DNA of 20,000 nt from an uncultured virus (IMG/VR IMGVR_UViG_3300002097_000869). Taxonomy: Duplodnaviria; Heunggongvirae; Uroviricota; Caudoviricetes. Within the stretch, counting starts at the first letter, position 1. Each line of letters starts with the position of its first letter. Positions 16,730 through 20,000 of the stretch are shown piece by piece. A program made the translations under genes and the position numbers. The notes below the pieces were generated by a model, which was not told where the DNA came from, did no database searches, and was given only the letters and a program-made list of their open reading frames with translations. The stretch is from positions 113,011 through 133,010 of the IMG/VR virus record IMGVR_UViG_3300002097_000869; one strand, written 5' to 3'.

Positions 16730-17581
16730 TTAAGTGAAAACCTTGTTTAAGATAGAGCGCACTATACGACCTACCATTGGAACAGTATTCAAATGGTACC
16801 CAACCCAGTTTAACGGGTTTATCATTTCTACAGGTTTCTTTTTTTCTATGGCTGCTATAATTTTTCTTGCCACTGTTTCTGGTTCGTTTGAATATAAGGG
16901 TAATAATCTCATACTCATTTTTCCCATCCATGTCGAGGATTTTTCCTCCACTCCTTCATAGAAACCTGTATTTACCATGAAAGGGTAAACTGTTGTAATG
17001 TCTATCCCGTCTTTTTTGGCCTCTATACCTAGAGATTCCGAAAAGACTGCGAGAGCAGCCTTGGTTGTAGCATATGAAGTCCACGTAGGCAGTCTGAAGA
17101 AAGACTGCCCACTACATATGTTTACAATGTGTAACCTTCTATCGTCATTGTATTTTTGTCTGTGTGCTTTTAATGCTGCCATGGAAGTGACAGAAATTTT
17201 CACGGCGGAAAAGAAGTTTATATCAAAAATACGGTTCCATGTATCTACGTCCGTATCTTGTATAGGTTCATTTAATCCTATCCCTGCATTATTTATAACT
17301 ATATCTGGTAATCCTATCTCTTCACTTCTAAAATAACATATTTGTTGAAATTCTCTAATTAGAGCATTATTATCTGTTATGTCTAATACAAAAGCGAATA
17401 CAATTACTCCATAATTCTTTTCTAGTTTTTTCTTTAATAAATCCAGCCCTATAGAATCTTTATCCCATAAGATTAGCTTGGTTTTCTTCTTAGCAAATAA
17501 TTCAGCCAAACATTTTCCAATACCATTTGCAGCACCAGTTATTAAGACTGTTTTGTTTTTTACTTCTAGATTTCTACCCAT
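16730..17581 (-). CDS. Classical short-chain dehydrogenase/reductase (SDR)
   Basis: LITGAANGIG, INNAGI, catalytic S and YATTK, TTVYPFMVNTG; start reassigned to ATG 17581 to limit overlap with upstream gene. Confidence 0.92.
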   Translation of the reverse strand: MGRNLEVKNKTVLITGAANGIGKCLAELFAKKKTKLILWDKDSIGLDLLKKKLEKNYGVIVFAFVLDITDNNALIREFQQICYFRSEEIGLPDIVINNAGIGLNEPIQDTDVDTWNRIFDINFFSAVKISVTSMAALKAHRQKYNDDRRLHIVNICSGQSFFRLPTWTSYATTKAALAVFSESLGIEAKKDGIDITTVYPFMVNTGFYEGVEEKSSTWMGKMSMRLLPLYSNEPETVARKIIAAIEKKKPVEMINPLNWVGYHLNTVPMVGRIVRSILNKVFT

Positions 17582-17832
17582 TTTTCTATCACAATCTCTT
17601 TCTTTCTCACTTCTGGACACTCTATTTCTCTTGAGTCATATTCATACGGTTCTTCATCCTGCATTTCAGTAGCACCTTTCCTATAATAAGAACGGTAGAA
17701 CTTATCCTCATATTGGAATACGACCAAGAAGACTATTGCCCATCGGTCATGGTCCGTTATTTCTTCATACACTTTTTGTAGTTTTCTACCCCCATACACC
17801 ATGTCTTGCAAGTCTTCTCTGTTAAATTTCAT
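17566..17832 (-). CDS. Hypothetical acidic phage-type protein (88 aa)
   Basis: ATG directly follows ligase stop with GGAGAG upstream; RW..VFQYEDKFYR..GATEMQDE pattern looks like a recurrent phage hypothetical. Confidence 0.7.
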   Translation of the reverse strand: MKFNREDLQDMVYGGRKLQKVYEEITDHDRWAIVFLVVFQYEDKFYRSYYRKGATEMQDEEPYEYDSREIECPEVRKKEIVIEKWVEI

Positions 17833-18468
17833 TTAACTCTCCGCTATGAGCTTTCCTTTTTCTTGTCCGTGTATTTCATAGACTTTGTCATACCACCACT
17901 GGGTTTTTGTCTTGAATCTATGGATATTATGACCCGTTCCACCTTTGCCCACCATCCCCTCCAATTGAGTACCCTTCATTTGGGCCCAGGGAGTTTCTTG
18001 ACGAACACTTTCTATGTATTCATTATCCCACAATAGATTGCCTAAATATTCTATGTTTATCACTTCATGACCGTCAAAAAGTTTTACAAACTCTTTTGGG
18101 GATAACATCCCTCTTTTGTGTATATCTATATCTATTAATGTAAGATACTTTTTATCATCTTGTTGGTGCACACCAGCAAAGCTGTTGTTTCCATAGAATT
18201 CACAGAAGGCTACTATGTTCTCCCATCTATTGTCTATCGCAAGTTTTGTCAATGGTTCTATTAGAGTGTCATGAAATATTTTTATTGCGCCGCCAAAAAT
18301 TAAGTCAGTACTATCAAAGAGTCTATGTCGAGTACCTAATTTGTAAAACCCTTGTTTTTTAGACCATTCAAATCTTAAATTTGAACCGTCTAGCTTGACA
18401 AATGTATAGAGAGTTAGTCTTGGTCCGCTATAGGTGTTATAGTTTGGTATATTTGGGTAGGATTTCAA
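17833..18468 (-). CDS. ATP-dependent RNA ligase (Rnl2-like adenylyltransferase domain only)
   Basis: Nucleotidyltransferase motifs I KLDGSN, III FCEFYG, IIIa LIDI, IV EGMV, V FKTK; probable TTG start at 18468 overlapping upstream TGA (TTGA). Confidence 0.82.
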   Translation of the reverse strand: MKSYPNIPNYNTYSGPRLTLYTFVKLDGSNLRFEWSKKQGFYKLGTRHRLFDSTDLIFGGAIKIFHDTLIEPLTKLAIDNRWENIVAFCEFYGNNSFAGVHQQDDKKYLTLIDIDIHKRGMLSPKEFVKLFDGHEVINIEYLGNLLWDNEYIESVRQETPWAQMKGTQLEGMVGKGGTGHNIHRFKTKTQWWYDKVYEIHGQEKGKLIAES

Positions 18469-18653
18469 ATCTTTGAATACCTTTCGTAGTGTCTTTGAAC
18501 ATCCATTTCGAATGGTAGACAATCAGGACATTCGTAGTAAGACATCTCTATCTTTTCACCGTCTTCCGAATCTATTAAAATTAGCTTTCTTAGTACTTTT
18601 TTAATATTACATTTAGGGCAAGTATTAAATAGCAGGCATTTTAAGGTATGCAA
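18465..18653 (-). CDS. Small Zn-ribbon protein
   Basis: CPKC...CPDC; stop overlaps the ligase start. Confidence 0.6.
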   Translation of the reverse strand: MHTLKCLLFNTCPKCNIKKVLRKLILIDSEDGEKIEMSYYECPDCLPFEMDVQRHYERYSKI

Positions 18654-18678
18654 AAGTTTTTTCTTATTAAATTTCTTT

Positions 18679-18867
18679 TTAAGTCACTACTTCTTCTATC
18701 GTCCAGCCCTCTGGATTCAAATTGTGGCTATATTCTAATATAACACTGTTTTCTACAGAGATTTCTGCGGCTAGTCTTTTGATTTCTTCAACATTTGTAT
18801 CGTCAGGAATAGAAACCTCTACTGTATTAACATGCACCTCTCTAGTACCAACGTGATATTTTTTCAT
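18679..18867 (-). CDS. Hypothetical protein (62 aa)
   Basis: ATG with AAGGAA upstream; co-oriented. Confidence 0.65.
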   Translation of the reverse strand: MKKYHVGTREVHVNTVEVSIPDDTNVEEIKRLAAEISVENSVILEYSHNLNPEGWTIEEVVT

Positions 18868-18891
18868 TTTAAGTTCCTTTTTTTCTTCTAG

Positions 18892-19263
18892 CTACAGATA
18901 GCTAACAACTTTGTCCAACGCTTCTTGTTGGCTTGACTCTCTTAAGTCTAGTTTTTTCAATAGAGGACGTATAGTTTTGAGAAGTAATCGACACTCTCGC
19001 CACCCCAAGACTATACGAATGTATGTGTATAGGCCCAGTTCTGTAGGAATGTATTTAGCATTTGCATAACCACTAATAAATATTAGTCCTTTCAGGTTTA
19101 CGTTGCATTCCCGACGTTTTACGGTATAACTAAAACATTTTTTACATTTTACAGGTTGGCCGTAAAGAGGGTTATAGACCTGGATTTCAATCGCATATTT
19201 TTCCGGGGTTTTTCGAATAGACGAAGCTATAGCCCTAATCTCTGGTCTGATTTTGAACCACAA
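18892..19263 (-). CDS. Hypothetical basic protein (123 aa)
   Basis: TTG start with AAGGAG upstream; co-oriented tiling. Confidence 0.6.
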   Translation of the reverse strand: MWFKIRPEIRAIASSIRKTPEKYAIEIQVYNPLYGQPVKCKKCFSYTVKRRECNVNLKGLIFISGYANAKYIPTELGLYTYIRIVLGWRECRLLLKTIRPLLKKLDLRESSQQEALDKVVSYL

Positions 19264-19266
19264 TTC

Positions 19267-19509
19267 TTAAGACTCCTTTCTCGGTGAAAGTTTTCCCACA
19301 ACAGTCACATTTATAGGGAAACTTTCCCATTCATACAAATGAATAAATGTCTCATAATGTTCAGCAAGTACTCTCAATTCCAATTTGGCATCTTCACCAA
19401 AACAACTTACACCGCAGCCTCCAAACCAGGGTTCGTGTCCAAACATTTCCACAAAACCTCTTTGTACTGTTGTCGCTTGTTTAAGTTTTTCTACGTTATA
19501 TCCTGGCAT
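19267..19509 (-). CDS. Hypothetical protein (80 aa)
   Basis: Co-oriented ORF overlapping the ankyrin gene end. Confidence 0.6.
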   Translation of the reverse strand: MPGYNVEKLKQATTVQRGFVEMFGHEPWFGGCGVSCFGEDAKLELRVLAEHYETFIHLYEWESFPINVTVVGKLSPRKES

Positions 19510-20000
19510 CTAGTTTTTTTCTTTTTATCGGACAAGAGTTTTACCACCTCAGAGTGTTCGTTCATAATAGCCCACCTAAGAGCCTCGTCTTCGTGAGCGT
19601 GTACGTCAGCTCCGTGCTCAAGAAGAAGTTTTACTATTTCAATGTGTCCGTACTCACTAGCCAATCTGAGAGCCTCGTCTTCGTGAGCGCGTACGTCAGC
19701 TCCGTGCTCAAGAAGAAGTTTTACTACTTCAAGGTGCTCGTTTTCACTTGCCCACCTAAGAGCTACGTCTTCTTGAACGTGTACGTCGGCTCCGTGCTCA
19801 AGAAGAAGTTTTACTACTTCAAGGTGCCCGTTTATACTAGCCCATCTAAGAGCAAGGTCTGTCTCAGCGTGTATGTTGGCCCCTTCTTGGATTAGTCTTT
19901 CTACCACCTCAACGGTAATCTTTTCTCTTTTCCCAAGAATAACCCTGGAAGCCCGCCACTTCTCAGGCTCTTTTTCAGGGTCTAGCACCATTTCTGCGTC
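19491..20000 (-). CDS. Ankyrin-repeat protein, 5' part outside window; paralogue of 9960..10631
   Basis: Four 30-aa units GADVHAxxDxALRWASxNGHLEVVKLLLEH; frame open to the window edge (GAC GCA GAA ATG); WRASRVILGKREKIT matches WHANKVIMGEKEKIT of the other ankyrin gene. Confidence 0.92.
   Translation of the reverse strand, partial: DAEMVLDPEKEPEKWRASRVILGKREKITVEVVERLIQEGANIHAETDLALRWASINGHLEVVKLLLEHGADVHVQEDVALRWASENEHLEVVKLLLEHGADVRAHEDEALRLASEYGHIEIVKLLLEHGADVHAHEDEALRWAIMNEHSEVVKLLSDKKKKTRCQDIT
19538..19885. repeat. Coding tandem repeat, 90-bp period, ~4 copies
   Basis: GTACGTC(A/G)GCTCCGTGCTCAAGAAGAAGTTTTACTA recurs at 19601, 19691 and 19781, with a diverged unit near 19871. Confidence 0.9.

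Noticed and set aside
15867..16931. Alternative-frame minus ORFs 15867..16106 and 16719..16931
   Set aside because: Nested in the phosphoesterase or SDR/tRNA; no independent support.
19538..19885. 90-bp repeats as a CRISPR array
   Set aside because: Period is exactly 30 codons, inter-repeat segments are homologous to each other and the region is in-frame ankyrin coding sequence.
419..19895. All plus-strand ORFs in the track (e.g. 1763..2482, 8314..8706, 14915..15109, 19554..19895)
   Set aside because: Antisense shadows of well-supported minus-strand genes; no motifs of their own. The repeat in 19554..19895 simply mirrors the ankyrin repeat.

Overview
AT-rich, densely packed window in which every credible gene lies on the minus strand with bacterial Shine-Dalgarno sites and overlapping stop/start codons; it reads as part of a large (jumbo-like) bacteriophage genome. 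In transcription order (high to low coordinates): 30-aa-repeat ankyrin protein, small hypotheticals, Rnl2-like RNA ligase, SDR oxidoreductase, tRNA-Tyr(GUA), metallophosphoesterase, Zn-finger protein, an unannotated 56-aa K/R/A-rich repeat protein, a methyltransferase-fold protein, a 1039-aa single-chain two-barrel RNA polymerase (beta-like and beta'-like cores fused), a second ankyrin protein, small proteins, SSB, a ~255-bp hairpin-bounded IS200/IS605 (IscB-type) miniature element directly before an SF2 helicase, and an expanded phiEco32-like amide/peptide-ligase cluster (COOH-NH2 ligase type 2, Cys-rich amidoligase, degenerate GATase, possible GGCT-like protein, active class II GATase, and a truncated paralogue of the first ligase). 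All family calls come from motif recognition by eye; no searches were run.
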